Source of the DNA: an uncultured bacterium
GTDB taxonomy: Bacteria > Verrucomicrobiota > Verrucomicrobiia > Verrucomicrobiales > Akkermansiaceae
Direction of reading: 5' to 3'
Length of the DNA: 64,000 bases
Assembly (NCBI GenBank): GCA_945947905.1
Contig: CAMEZO010000002.1
Span: forward strand, 1,871-65,870
The translations under genes were made by a program, and so were the position numbers. Position 1 is the first letter of the stretch, and each line of letters starts with the position of its first letter. The notes under the pieces were generated by a model. It had not been told where the DNA came from, did no database searches, and was given only the letters and a program-made list of their open reading frames with translations. Of the stretch, positions 53,663-63,017 are shown in pieces.

Positions 53663-55221
53663 TTAGCCCTTCTTCCACATGAGCATAATTCGTCTGGGGT
53701 CACTGGGATTCTTTACAGAGGATATGCAATGGTAGCCGCTTTCACGAAGAAGAATAGCGCTTCTTCTATCAGCTTTCATGGTAGCAAAGCACCCTTCTTC
53801 CAGTTCTGGCTTCCCCCACCACTGAGATTCGATAACATAGTCCGGTATGCGCCGGGCTATTGCTCGTGCCGGTGCATCGGTAGGGGGAGCACCGTTCAGT
53901 GAACACCATTCCGGGATGGCCGGTAGCGCACGGCTCTTGAGTCCGAATCCTTCGTCAAGGTGGCCTATATACAGAATTTTTGATTCGGGGTGTTGCGCCA
54001 GTTCCCGTTCAATAAAAGCCACATCAGGCGCCGGTTTGCTTGTGATTCTGTACAAGTTGAGTTTGTGCCAATTTCCGCAGAACTGAATGGAACACAGCGC
54101 AATGATTCCCATGGCTATTCCCGTGGTTCCCCAACGCGGAGCGTGTGCCCATTGATTCAGAAGCGCGGTGCAGGGGATGATGACAAGGGGTGAAATCATG
54201 AGTAAATAATATCCATATTGGCCGGCTGCATTCGGAATATAAACAGAGGCCACCAACAGTAACAAACTGCTGCGCATAAAGAGTCGACATTCGCCTTTCA
54301 GGGGAAGCGCAGCTATTGAGGAAATAATGATGATAGTCATGGTAGCGCCTACCCATTGCAGGCTCAGCCCGAAGAGACGAATGAGATTCACGAATGAAAC
54401 AATGCTGCCCTGGTATGAGTTATAGGTGCTGAAATTAAGAGTGAAATAGACTCGAATGAAGTCATCCCAGATTCCTGTCGCAGAGAAATAGATACAAAAG
54501 GGCAAAGCCCATAATGCTGCACCTATGCAGAAGGCGGTGCAGTAACAAAGTAGCAACACTGCGTTTCTGCTTGTTCGTATGATATGTATGAAGATGAGAG
54601 CAGAAAGTGCGAGCGGGAACAGAATGTTGTTGTATTTAATGAGCATGCAAATGGAGAAGCAGGAACCTGCTGCAATTCCCGTTATGATAAAATCAGCAAA
54701 ACGAACCTTTCCCGCGATGACTGTGCGAATGAAATGATAAAGGCAAATAGCAGTGGGAACCATCATGATGATTTCCGACTGATTGCCGCCGCCGAACATG
54801 AGCGGATTGACCACATAAAGCAAGATCAATGCCGGGGCTAACATCGACTTCGTGGATGAGTGCAAAAATAATAGGGCTGTTCTGTACGAATAGAATAGCG
54901 TGATACTTACAAACAACGCATGGATAAGGTAGACAACGTACGGATTGCCGGGACTGATGAGGTACGCAAATGCGTAAACGGCCATCAGAAGCGGGCCTTT
55001 CACATCTACGATATCAACATATGGGAGATTTCCGTCTGCCCATACTTTTCCCAACATGTAGAACATGGCTTGGTCACAGCCGAAAATATGGGAAAAGATG
55101 GGAGAAAATGTATTGCAGAAAAACAGGGTAGCATACGAGAAAAGACAACAGAGCAAGAAGGCTCGGACTAATGAAATCTCGGATTTCTTATGCTGGGCTG
55201 GGCTGGGCTGGGCTGGGTCAT
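53663..55221 (-). CDS. GT-C fold membrane glycosyltransferase, frameshifted at a pentanucleotide tract (apparently phase-OFF)
   Basis: DQAMFYMLG...PYVDIVDVKGPLL, GGNQSE, multiple TM helices. Natural ATG 55221 overlaps the upstream stop but is out of frame with the 53663..55156 ORF unless the repeat number is 4 or 7. Confidence 0.75.
55192..55216 (-). repeat. (CCAGC)5 simple sequence repeat
   Basis: (GCTGG)5 on the plus strand; on the coding strand it begins 2 nt after the ATG at 55221. Confidence 0.92.
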
Positions 55222-56363
55222 TGTTTGCTATCCGTTATAGTGTGCATGCAGTTTTCCTTCCCCCGGAAGGTTTGGCCGTTGAGGGCGGGGAGGAAGAGGT
55301 GAGATGGGATGTGGGAGAGGCGGAGGGCGGCGGTGAGGTCGTCGAGGGTTTCTTGGTAGCCTTCGTTGGCGAGTTGCCAGGTGCCGAAGTGGCAGGCGAG
55401 GGCAAGGCGGGGAGAGAGGGTGCGGAAGCAGTCGACGGCTTCGTAGGGGCCCATGTGGTTATTTTTGATCCAGTCCGGGCGGTAGGCGCCGATGGGGATG
55501 AGCGCGAGGTCCGGGGAGCCGAGGCGTCGGCGGATGTCCGCGAAACAGGGGGAGGCTGCGGAGTCACCGACGTAGTAGAGGGAAGGCCCGCCGGGGGAGG
55601 TGAGGTAGAGTCCGCCCCAGAGGGAGCGTCGGGCGTCGGCGGAACCCTTGTAGCGGTTGCTCCAGTGGTGGGCCGGGGTGAGGGTGTAGGTGATACCGTT
55701 ATAGGTATGCGACTGCCACCAATCCAGCTCGATGCAGCGGACTGGGCCGCAGTGGTAGCGCAGCAGGCTCTTCAGGCCGAGCGGAACGATGTAGAGTGGG
55801 TTATCCCGCTTCGTGAGACGGCGCAGGGTGTCGGTATCGAAATGGTCGTAGTGGTCGTGCGACAGGAAGCATACATCGATGCGGGGTAGGGCGTCCCACT
55901 CAATCCCGACGGGTCGGCAGCGCTTCGGTCCCGCGAACTGGACAGGGGAGGTGTAGTCGCTCCAGACGGGATCCGTCAGGATATTCTGCCCGGCGGTGCG
56001 GAGGAGAAAAGTCGAGTGGTTGACGAGCGTGGCCTCCCACTCCTCACCCTCCACGCGCGGGGCAAGCTGCGGGCTGTGCTCATTGAGATCCGTGCGCGGA
56101 TACTCGCCCCGAGTGGGGCGGTCGGCCAGCCATTTGCTCCAGCTTGCATGCAGCTTGGCAGCGGGGCGTCCGTTGTGGAAACGCTCCCCGTCGAAGTGGT
56201 CGGAGACAGGCCCGCTCCACGAACCCGGGCGGCAAATGAGCCTCGGCAGGGCTGCATCCACGAGCAGGCAGACCGCCGCCAAGCTGATGAGCGCAGCGAC
56301 GACCTTCAGCAGGCCAATGGCCAAGCGGCGGCACAGCGTGCGCGGTTGCTCGGTGGGTTGCAT
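55218..56363 (-). CDS. MBL-fold metallo-hydrolase (NAPE-PLD/RomA-like)
   Basis: NHSTF, LTDPVWS, SHDHYDH, PAHHWS, YVGDS, IPIGAY, HFGTW. Promoter TTGCCA-17-TACAAA lies 6 nt before the ATG. Confidence 0.9.
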   Translation of the reverse strand: MQPTEQPRTLCRRLAIGLLKVVAALISLAAVCLLVDAALPRLICRPGSWSGPVSDHFDGERFHNGRPAAKLHASWSKWLADRPTRGEYPRTDLNEHSPQLAPRVEGEEWEATLVNHSTFLLRTAGQNILTDPVWSDYTSPVQFAGPKRCRPVGIEWDALPRIDVCFLSHDHYDHFDTDTLRRLTKRDNPLYIVPLGLKSLLRYHCGPVRCIELDWWQSHTYNGITYTLTPAHHWSNRYKGSADARRSLWGGLYLTSPGGPSLYYVGDSAASPCFADIRRRLGSPDLALIPIGAYRPDWIKNNHMGPYEAVDCFRTLSPRLALACHFGTWQLANEGYQETLDDLTAALRLSHIPSHLFLPALNGQTFRGKENCMHTITDSKQ

Positions 56364-56445
56364 GAGTCATTTGTAGCATAATCGGCGACGTTTGGCAAGC
56401 AAAATACGTTGGACACGGCGCGTCGGATGGTGTATGATGGTGCCC

Positions 56446-57174
56446 ATGAAAGTACAATGGACATTCCATGAGCTGCCGGAGTGCGACTCCACCTTCCTCG
56501 AGGCCCGCCGGCTGCCCGCTTGGTCGGCGGTGAACGCTATCACGCAGCATCGGGGAAGGGGGCGCTTCAACCGCACCTGGTTCGGTGAACCCGGTGGCCT
56601 GTGGATTTGCTATAACGTGCCCTTGGACGTTGAGAGCGAGCGCAACTGGGGCCTGCTCCCCTTGGTGGCGGGCGCGGCGATGATGCAGGCCCTGTCCCCC
56701 TATGGTATCCCCGGGCTGCGCCTGCGCTGGCCGAACGACGTGATGGTCGGCCGCGGAAAATTAGCAGGTATCTTGGTGGAACGGCCCGCGCTCCGTATGG
56801 CCTCGATCGGCATCGGTGTCAACATTGCCAACGACGTCGCAGGACTTGCCGGGCGTACGCAGGATGTCGCCGTGCGCCTGGCTGATTTGGTGACGCATTG
56901 CCCGAGTGTGCATGCCTTCCGCGCCGAACTGGCGGAGCACCTCGCCGAGGTCTTTACCGCCTTCTGCGAGCGCGGACTCGCCGCCGTTACCCCGCTGCTG
57001 GAGGCCGCTTGGGATCGCAGCGTTGTGTCCGAGGTCGAGACCGACACCGCCCGCTACCGGGGTCTGTTTGCCGGCATCGCCGAAGACGGCTCCCCCCTCC
57101 TGCGGCAGTCGGACGGCAGCATCCTCACCATCCCCGGCATCACTGTCAATCGCCTCACCGAGCCGCAGGCGTGA
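56446..57174 (+). CDS. birA: Biotin--protein ligase (no N-terminal HTH)
   Basis: CDST, QHRGRGRFNRTW, RWPND, KLAGILVE, IGIGVN. Promoter TGGACA-17-TATGAT lies 7 nt before ATG 56446. Confidence 0.9.
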   Translation: MKVQWTFHELPECDSTFLEARRLPAWSAVNAITQHRGRGRFNRTWFGEPGGLWICYNVPLDVESERNWGLLPLVAGAAMMQALSPYGIPGLRLRWPNDVMVGRGKLAGILVERPALRMASIGIGVNIANDVAGLAGRTQDVAVRLADLVTHCPSVHAFRAELAEHLAEVFTAFCERGLAAVTPLLEAAWDRSVVSEVETDTARYRGLFAGIAEDGSPLLRQSDGSILTIPGITVNRLTEPQA

Positions 57175-58720
57175 GCTGGCTCGTGTCCTCTTGGAGACCG
57201 GATTTCTTCCATGCAGAGATGATGGAATTGCTGCCGTTAGGGCATTTCGCACTTGCGAAGCAATAATATCCGCTTTCCTTTAGTATTTCATCTTTTATAT
57301 TCTCTGCTCCTTGAATCTTACGATAGGGATCTTCACAGACAAAGACATAATCGGGAACTCCTTTGTTAAGGGATTTTTGTAAATCCTTGGACGTCACTTT
57401 GAGCCCATTAAGCCTACACCATGTGGGTACAGCCGGTAATGACGATCCCCTAAGTCCTAATCCTATGTCCAATGTGTCAACATACATAATCCTCGATTCC
57501 GGGTGTTCGAGTAGCTCCTGCTCAAGTAATTTGATGTCCTGAGGTGTGTGATGAAATATGGATAGATTGTTTTTTGCCAGCCAGTTTCCGGAAAACTGAA
57601 CAGTCATGAGCGCATTAACGAACAGAAGAAGCAATGTGGATGCGAAATGTAGTGTAGGAGAACAACGTAGAACGAGGTAGATCAACGGAAAAATTATCGG
57701 TGGGCACGTCATCAGGTAGTAGTAGTGATAATAATTTCCACCTTGGTTCGATATGTACAACGATACAATCAATAGTGAAAAGAGTAAGCTGGGGGCCTTA
57801 TTCGCAGAAGATCGGAATACGGTTGTGTGAAGAGCGAGTATAGAAGTAATTAGTGTAATCGAGCTGGCGTGTTTGACGAAAAGTATGGACGAAACTATTA
57901 GCCGTGAAGAATTTAGGAGCCCTCCACGAGATGCAGAATATGTCTCAAAATTCAGTTTGAAATAAACGTTAATAAAATCATCCCAAGTTTTCGAACATGT
58001 TAAATATATGATGAAAGGTGTTAAGAGTAATAGAGATGATACTATGAAATAGCAAAGATAATGTCTGAGGTATATGGAAAAATCTCGCTTGAGAAGAGAG
58101 AAAACCAGCATGAAAAGGGTTAGTGTGCTGGGGAAGACGATGTTGTTGTATTTAATCAGGAAGCAGATAGCAAAGCATGAACCTGCTGCGATTCCCAAAG
58201 AGCGGTACTTCCTCTTCTCTTCTCGATTTGTGTAAAAAAAACATGTAGTATAGTAAATACATATGGAAACCGGGAGCATCATAATGATCTCCGATTGGTT
58301 TCCTCCGTGATAATACCAGGGGGCGCAGATACAAGGCAGGACTAAGGCGGCGGCCAAGATTGCTTGGTACGTATTTTGTAGAAATAGACTTGACGTTTTG
58401 TATGAGAAGAAGAGAGTACCCGCAGTAAACAGAGAGTTGAAGACATACACCATGCATGGATTCCCCGGACTCGTCAAATAGATGAGTGCGTATATGGCGA
58501 TCAAGAGGGGCCCCTTTACATCAATGATGTCTGCATATGGAAGATAACCTGCACACCAGGCTCTCCCGAGCATATAGAACATGCAAGGGTCCGGTTCAAA
58601 GAGGTGTGAAAAAAGGGGGGAAAATCGGTTGCAAAACAGCAGTGTGGCAAGAGTGTAGAGAACAAATCCGAAGAAGATAAGTACTTGCATACGCCAAGAA
58701 CTAGCATTTGTCTTAATCAT
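57155..58720 (-). CDS. GT-C fold membrane glycosyltransferase, paralog of 53663..55221
   Basis: DPCMFYMLG...PYADIIDVKGPLL, GGNQSEIIMM, KYNNI-x-FP. Promoter TTGACT-17-TATAAG at 58794..58766. AT-rich. Confidence 0.8.
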   Translation of the reverse strand: MIKTNASSWRMQVLIFFGFVLYTLATLLFCNRFSPLFSHLFEPDPCMFYMLGRAWCAGYLPYADIIDVKGPLLIAIYALIYLTSPGNPCMVYVFNSLFTAGTLFFSYKTSSLFLQNTYQAILAAALVLPCICAPWYYHGGNQSEIIMMLPVSICIYYTTCFFYTNREEKRKYRSLGIAAGSCFAICFLIKYNNIVFPSTLTLFMLVFSLLKRDFSIYLRHYLCYFIVSSLLLLTPFIIYLTCSKTWDDFINVYFKLNFETYSASRGGLLNSSRLIVSSILFVKHASSITLITSILALHTTVFRSSANKAPSLLFSLLIVSLYISNQGGNYYHYYYLMTCPPIIFPLIYLVLRCSPTLHFASTLLLLFVNALMTVQFSGNWLAKNNLSIFHHTPQDIKLLEQELLEHPESRIMYVDTLDIGLGLRGSSLPAVPTWCRLNGLKVTSKDLQKSLNKGVPDYVFVCEDPYRKIQGAENIKDEILKESGYYCFASAKCPNGSNSIISAWKKSGLQEDTSQLTPAAR

Positions 58721-58821
58721 TGGATGATGTCGAGAGATTAAATGATGAACAACTGTGAATGATTTCCTTATAATAGTAATGTGCAGGAAAGTCAAGACAA
58801 ATCATCCGTCGTTGGCCGTAT

Positions 58822-60291
58822 TTAGCTACAAATTTTCTGCCGGCGCAGCAGGAGCAGGGCGGCAGCGCCGGCGGCCAAGATGATGCCGGCCCGGGTTCCG
58901 ACGGCGGAGGGAAGCTCGATGCCGCAGTCCTTCGAGACGAGCAGGTAGGCCGTGCAGACCACCGTCATGAAGAGTGCGGGTATCAGCGCCGGCCAGAAGC
59001 AGCGACCGTTGCGGCGCAGGAAGACCGTAATCATCCAAAGCGTGATGCACGAAAGCGCCTGGTTACTCCAGCCGAAGTAACGCCACAGCAGGCTGAAATC
59101 AATTTGCGAAATAATAATCACGGCCGCAAAGAGGGGCAGGGCGATCGAGAGGCGAGTCCAGGGAGAGTTCTGCCGCAGCCGCAGCGTATCCGCCAGCATC
59201 AGGCGGCAACTGCGCATGGCCGTGTCCCCGGACGTGATGGGCAAGATGGTTACCCCCAGCACGGCCAACACCGTTCCGAAGCCCCCCATGAGCGTATCAC
59301 ATGCCGAGGTTACCGCCGTGGCCGGGGAGGCCAGGGTGAGCTGCATGAACGAGAGCGCTCCGCCCTCTGCGCCGAGCACGGGCCCATCCGCCCCCATGGC
59401 GTAAGACGTCAGCGTGTCACGCAGCGAGAGCCCCACGCAGGCCCAGATGAGCGCCACCGCCCCCTCACAAATCATGGCACCGTAGAAAATGCGGCGCATC
59501 TCCTTCGGACGACGGGTGCAACGCACCATCAGCGGGCTCTGCGTAGCGTGAAATCCCGAGATAGCCCCGCAGGCAATCGTCACGAAAATCATGGGCCAGA
59601 TATCCACCCCTTTGGGATGCACATTTGCTGTTATGTCGAGATTCGGCAGGACAGGAATGCCGCTGAGAGGCAGCCCGATGAGCAGCCCTAAAGCCATGAC
59701 CACAAAGAGGGCCCCGAAGACGGGGTACACCCGCCCGATGATGGTGTTGATGGGCAGAATCGTCGCTGCAAAATAGTAGCCCAAAATAATCACGCACCAC
59801 CAGGTAACGGAAAGCCCCGGGCAGAGGCTGTGCAGCATACCCGCCGGGCCCTTGGTGAACACCACCCCTACCAGCACCAGCAGCAGCACACACACACAGC
59901 GCAACGCGTACAGTGCCGGCCTGCCCAGGTAGCGACCGATGGTTTCCGGCAGGTTCTCCCCGTCATGCCGGGCGGAGATGAGCGCGGCGTAGAAGTCATG
60001 CAGCGCCCCGGCAAAAATGCAGCCCAGCACAATCCACAGCAGACAGGCAGGCCCGAACAGGCACCCCGCCAAGGCCCCGAACACCGGGCCCAGCCCCGCG
60101 ATGTTCAGGAGCTGAATCAGAAAAATCTTCCACCACGGCAGCGGCGCGTAATCAACTCCGTCTGCACGGGATATGCAAGGCATCACCTTCTCATAATCAA
60201 CCCCGAACAGCTTCTCCGCCAAGCGACCGTAGACCACATAACCGGCACCCAAGAGCAGGAGACAGAGGAAAAAAACAGATAAGCCCGACAT
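58822..60291 (-). CDS. cstA: Carbon starvation CstA family transporter
   Basis: IQLLNIAGLGPVFGA, GALHD, IACGAISGFHATQSP, ITSGDTA, WRYFGWSNQ. Confidence 0.93.
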   Translation of the reverse strand: MSGLSVFFLCLLLLGAGYVVYGRLAEKLFGVDYEKVMPCISRADGVDYAPLPWWKIFLIQLLNIAGLGPVFGALAGCLFGPACLLWIVLGCIFAGALHDFYAALISARHDGENLPETIGRYLGRPALYALRCVCVLLLVLVGVVFTKGPAGMLHSLCPGLSVTWWCVIILGYYFAATILPINTIIGRVYPVFGALFVVMALGLLIGLPLSGIPVLPNLDITANVHPKGVDIWPMIFVTIACGAISGFHATQSPLMVRCTRRPKEMRRIFYGAMICEGAVALIWACVGLSLRDTLTSYAMGADGPVLGAEGGALSFMQLTLASPATAVTSACDTLMGGFGTVLAVLGVTILPITSGDTAMRSCRLMLADTLRLRQNSPWTRLSIALPLFAAVIIISQIDFSLLWRYFGWSNQALSCITLWMITVFLRRNGRCFWPALIPALFMTVVCTAYLLVSKDCGIELPSAVGTRAGIILAAGAAALLLLRRQKICS

Positions 60292-60332
60292 AGCGGGGGA
60301 AAGGGTACACCCGCCGCGCGTTATTTGCAAGG

Positions 60333-60860
60333 CTAAAATGTGTCCGCCCCCGCGCCGATGGAAGGCTGCCAAGCCCGGAAGTCCTCCAGCATCTCCTCCG
60401 AGAAATCCCCGCGCACCAGCAGAGAAAGCGGCAGCGGCGGCAGCCCGGGGTGGTAGGGCGGTTGCGTATGCGCGCAGGGCAGCAGACGGTAGCCCGCATG
60501 CTCATAGAAGCGCAACCTGCGCGCCGTGGCGTCATCGCATACCGGCTCAATCTCCAGCACAACGGGCAGGGGAGACAGCAGCTCCAGCACCGCCGTGCCC
60601 AGCCCCTGCCCCCTCCGCGAGGGATGCACGGCCAAGTGCTCAAGGTAGACATAACCCGGGCGCACCCAGTAAAAGAGCAGGGCCACAGCCTGCCCGTCCT
60701 GCTCCACCCGCATGCAGCGGAAAGCCTCATCGCTCATGGCACGCTGCTGCCAATCCGCATCGTGCCGCTCCTCCCATGGGAAGCTCGACTCGTATAACTG
60801 CCACAGCTCCGCAAAGAGAGGATCCTGCGGCTCCGTGAGGCGGCGCGTCGTCAGGTTCAT
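60333..60860 (-). CDS. GNAT family N-acetyltransferase
   Basis: LYESSFP, YLEHLAVHPSRRGQGLGT, RRLRFYEHAGY. Confidence 0.88.
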   Translation of the reverse strand: MNLTTRRLTEPQDPLFAELWQLYESSFPWEERHDADWQQRAMSDEAFRCMRVEQDGQAVALLFYWVRPGYVYLEHLAVHPSRRGQGLGTAVLELLSPLPVVLEIEPVCDDATARRLRFYEHAGYRLLPCAHTQPPYHPGLPPLPLSLLVRGDFSEEMLEDFRAWQPSIGAGADTF

Positions 60861-62611
60861 TCAAACAAGGTTGGGTAAGAACGCAGTGCCAGCTCCTTGG
60901 AGAGCTTGCGGATGGTCCGGCTGTCCTCCGCTGCCAGAGCCTTCTCCGCCATGCGGCGGCATTCCTCGTAGTTCAGGTGACGGACAGCATAGCGCACGGC
61001 AGGCAGCAGGTGCGTGCCCACGGAAAGCTCACTTGCGCCCAGACCCACCAGCAGCGGCGTCAGCGTCAGGTCCGCCCCCATCTCACCGCAAATGGCCGTG
61101 GGAATCCCCGCGGACATCGTGCCGTGCATGAGCCGGATGACCCCCGGATGCGTGGTGCGGAACATGGAAGCCACGCGGTAGTTCACGCGGTCCACCGCGA
61201 TGGTGTACTGCGTCAGGTCATTGGTGCCGATGGAGAAGAAGTCCACATACTTGGCCAAGATGTCCGCCATCACCGCCGCCCCCGGCACCTCGATCATGAT
61301 GCCCACGCGCATCTTTTCATCGAAAGGCAGCCCCTCCGCGCGCAGCTCATTGCGGCACTCCTCCAGCAGGCTGCGCGCATCCAACACCTCCGTCAGACCG
61401 GACACCATGGGGAACATCACCCCCACCTTGCCGTGGGCCGAGGCTCGGAGAATGGCGCGCAGCTGCTCCTTGAACATCTGCGGGCGGCTGAGCGAGACGC
61501 GGATGCCGCGCCAGCCGAGGAAAGGGTTGGCCTCCTTCTCCCCCACAGGTTCGCAGGGCAGCTTATCGCCCCCCGCATCCAGCGTGCGGAAGATGACCTC
61601 ATGCGGGGCGCAGTTCTCCACCAGCTTGCGGTAGTGGGCGTACTGCTCCTCCTCGCCGGGGATTTCCCGGTTCTCGCCCAGCAGGAAAAACTCCGTGCGG
61701 TATAGGCCCACGCCCTCCGCACCACTGCGGCGTATGGCATCGGACTCGTGGGTAAACTCCACGTTCGCCGCCAGGCGGATCCGGTGCCCGTCCAGCGTCT
61801 CTGCCGGCAGGTCGCGCAGCTCCTCCAAACTCTCGTAGGCCCGCTGCTTCTCCGTGCGCATCCGGCGGTAGCGCTCCTCCGTCTCAGCGGTCGGGTTGAT
61901 GATCACCAACCCATTGAAGCCATCCACAATGGCACTCTGCCCCATGCGGGACTCCAACATGAGGTTCGGCACGGCCACCACGGCCGGCAGCCCGAGCGAG
62001 CGGGAGAGAATCGCCGTGTGCGACACCGCAGAACCCACCTCCGTCACGAACCCGATGATATTTCGGCTGTCCAAGTCTGCCGTGTCACTCGGTGCCAGGT
62101 CATAAGCCACCAGTACGCGGCGCTCCCCCGTGTCCTCCTCTTCCTCGGTGCGGGTGACGGGCTCCATGTTGCGCAGCACGCGGCGCATCACGTCCTCCAT
62201 GTCCGCGATACGGGAGCGCAGATAGGGGTCGTCTACCTTCCGCATGGTGCCGATGAAATTCATCACCACGGAGTAGTACACCGCCTCGATGTTTTGGCCG
62301 CGCTTGGGCAGCTCGGCCTGCAGCCGCTTCATGATGAGGCGGTCGCGCACGAAGAGCAGGTGGGCATCGAAGATGGCCGCCTCCGTCTCGCCGGAGAGCT
62401 CCTGCACACGCTCCTTCAGCCGCTCCAGCTCCTTCTCTGTCTTGTCCAGCGCTGCCTCCAGACGCTGCCATTCTGCGGGCAGGGCTTCCTGTGCCACACG
62501 ACGCACGGGCGGGGCCGCGTTCTTGGCGGTCTCCACCAGCATGGTGCCCATGGCAATGCCCGGGGACACGGGCATGCCCTGCAGGATGTGCTCGAAATGC
62601 TCCTCTGTCAT
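60857..62611 (-). CDS. ptsI: PEP-protein phosphotransferase (PTS enzyme I)
   Basis: IFDAH, SHTAIL (phospho-His), GVGLYRTEF, RTLDAGGDK, NPFLGWRGIR, FSIGTNDL, CGEM. Confidence 0.96.
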   Translation of the reverse strand: MTEEHFEHILQGMPVSPGIAMGTMLVETAKNAAPPVRRVAQEALPAEWQRLEAALDKTEKELERLKERVQELSGETEAAIFDAHLLFVRDRLIMKRLQAELPKRGQNIEAVYYSVVMNFIGTMRKVDDPYLRSRIADMEDVMRRVLRNMEPVTRTEEEEDTGERRVLVAYDLAPSDTADLDSRNIIGFVTEVGSAVSHTAILSRSLGLPAVVAVPNLMLESRMGQSAIVDGFNGLVIINPTAETEERYRRMRTEKQRAYESLEELRDLPAETLDGHRIRLAANVEFTHESDAIRRSGAEGVGLYRTEFFLLGENREIPGEEEQYAHYRKLVENCAPHEVIFRTLDAGGDKLPCEPVGEKEANPFLGWRGIRVSLSRPQMFKEQLRAILRASAHGKVGVMFPMVSGLTEVLDARSLLEECRNELRAEGLPFDEKMRVGIMIEVPGAAVMADILAKYVDFFSIGTNDLTQYTIAVDRVNYRVASMFRTTHPGVIRLMHGTMSAGIPTAICGEMGADLTLTPLLVGLGASELSVGTHLLPAVRYAVRHLNYEECRRMAEKALAAEDSRTIRKLSKELALRSYPTLFE

Positions 62612-62650
62612 ACCTGTCGCGGCGGGGTGGGGGGCAGAAGCACCCGGGCA

Positions 62651-62917
62651 TCAGGCCTCGCCGAACTTGGAGTCCACCAAGGCCTCCAGCGCCTCCATGG
62701 CCTCGGCCTCATCCGGGCCGTCCGTCGTTACGGTGATGGTCGAGCCGCAGCCTACGGCCAGCATCATCAGGCACATGATGCTCTTGCCGTCCACGGCCTC
62801 ACCGTCCCGCTCCACGGTCACATCGGCCTCGAAGCGTGCCGCCTCACGGACGAACTTGGCCGCCGGGCGGGCGTGGATTCCCAATTTGTTCAAAACGGTG
62901 ATCTGTTTTGTTATCAT
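62651..62917 (-). CDS. ptsH: Phosphocarrier protein HPr
   Basis: GIHARPAAKFV (His15) and DGKSIM (Ser46). Start ATG 62917. Confidence 0.96.
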   Translation of the reverse strand: MITKQITVLNKLGIHARPAAKFVREAARFEADVTVERDGEAVDGKSIMCLMMLAVGCGSTITVTTDGPDEAEAMEALEALVDSKFGEA

Positions 62918-63017
62918 AATTCGCTCAATCTGTTTGAAGTCTGTTTTGACGAGTATTATACCCTTTTCCGCGCGCAATGCGAGCTTTTTTTGCGCTAGCG
63001 GCGAAAAAAGGGCTGTT

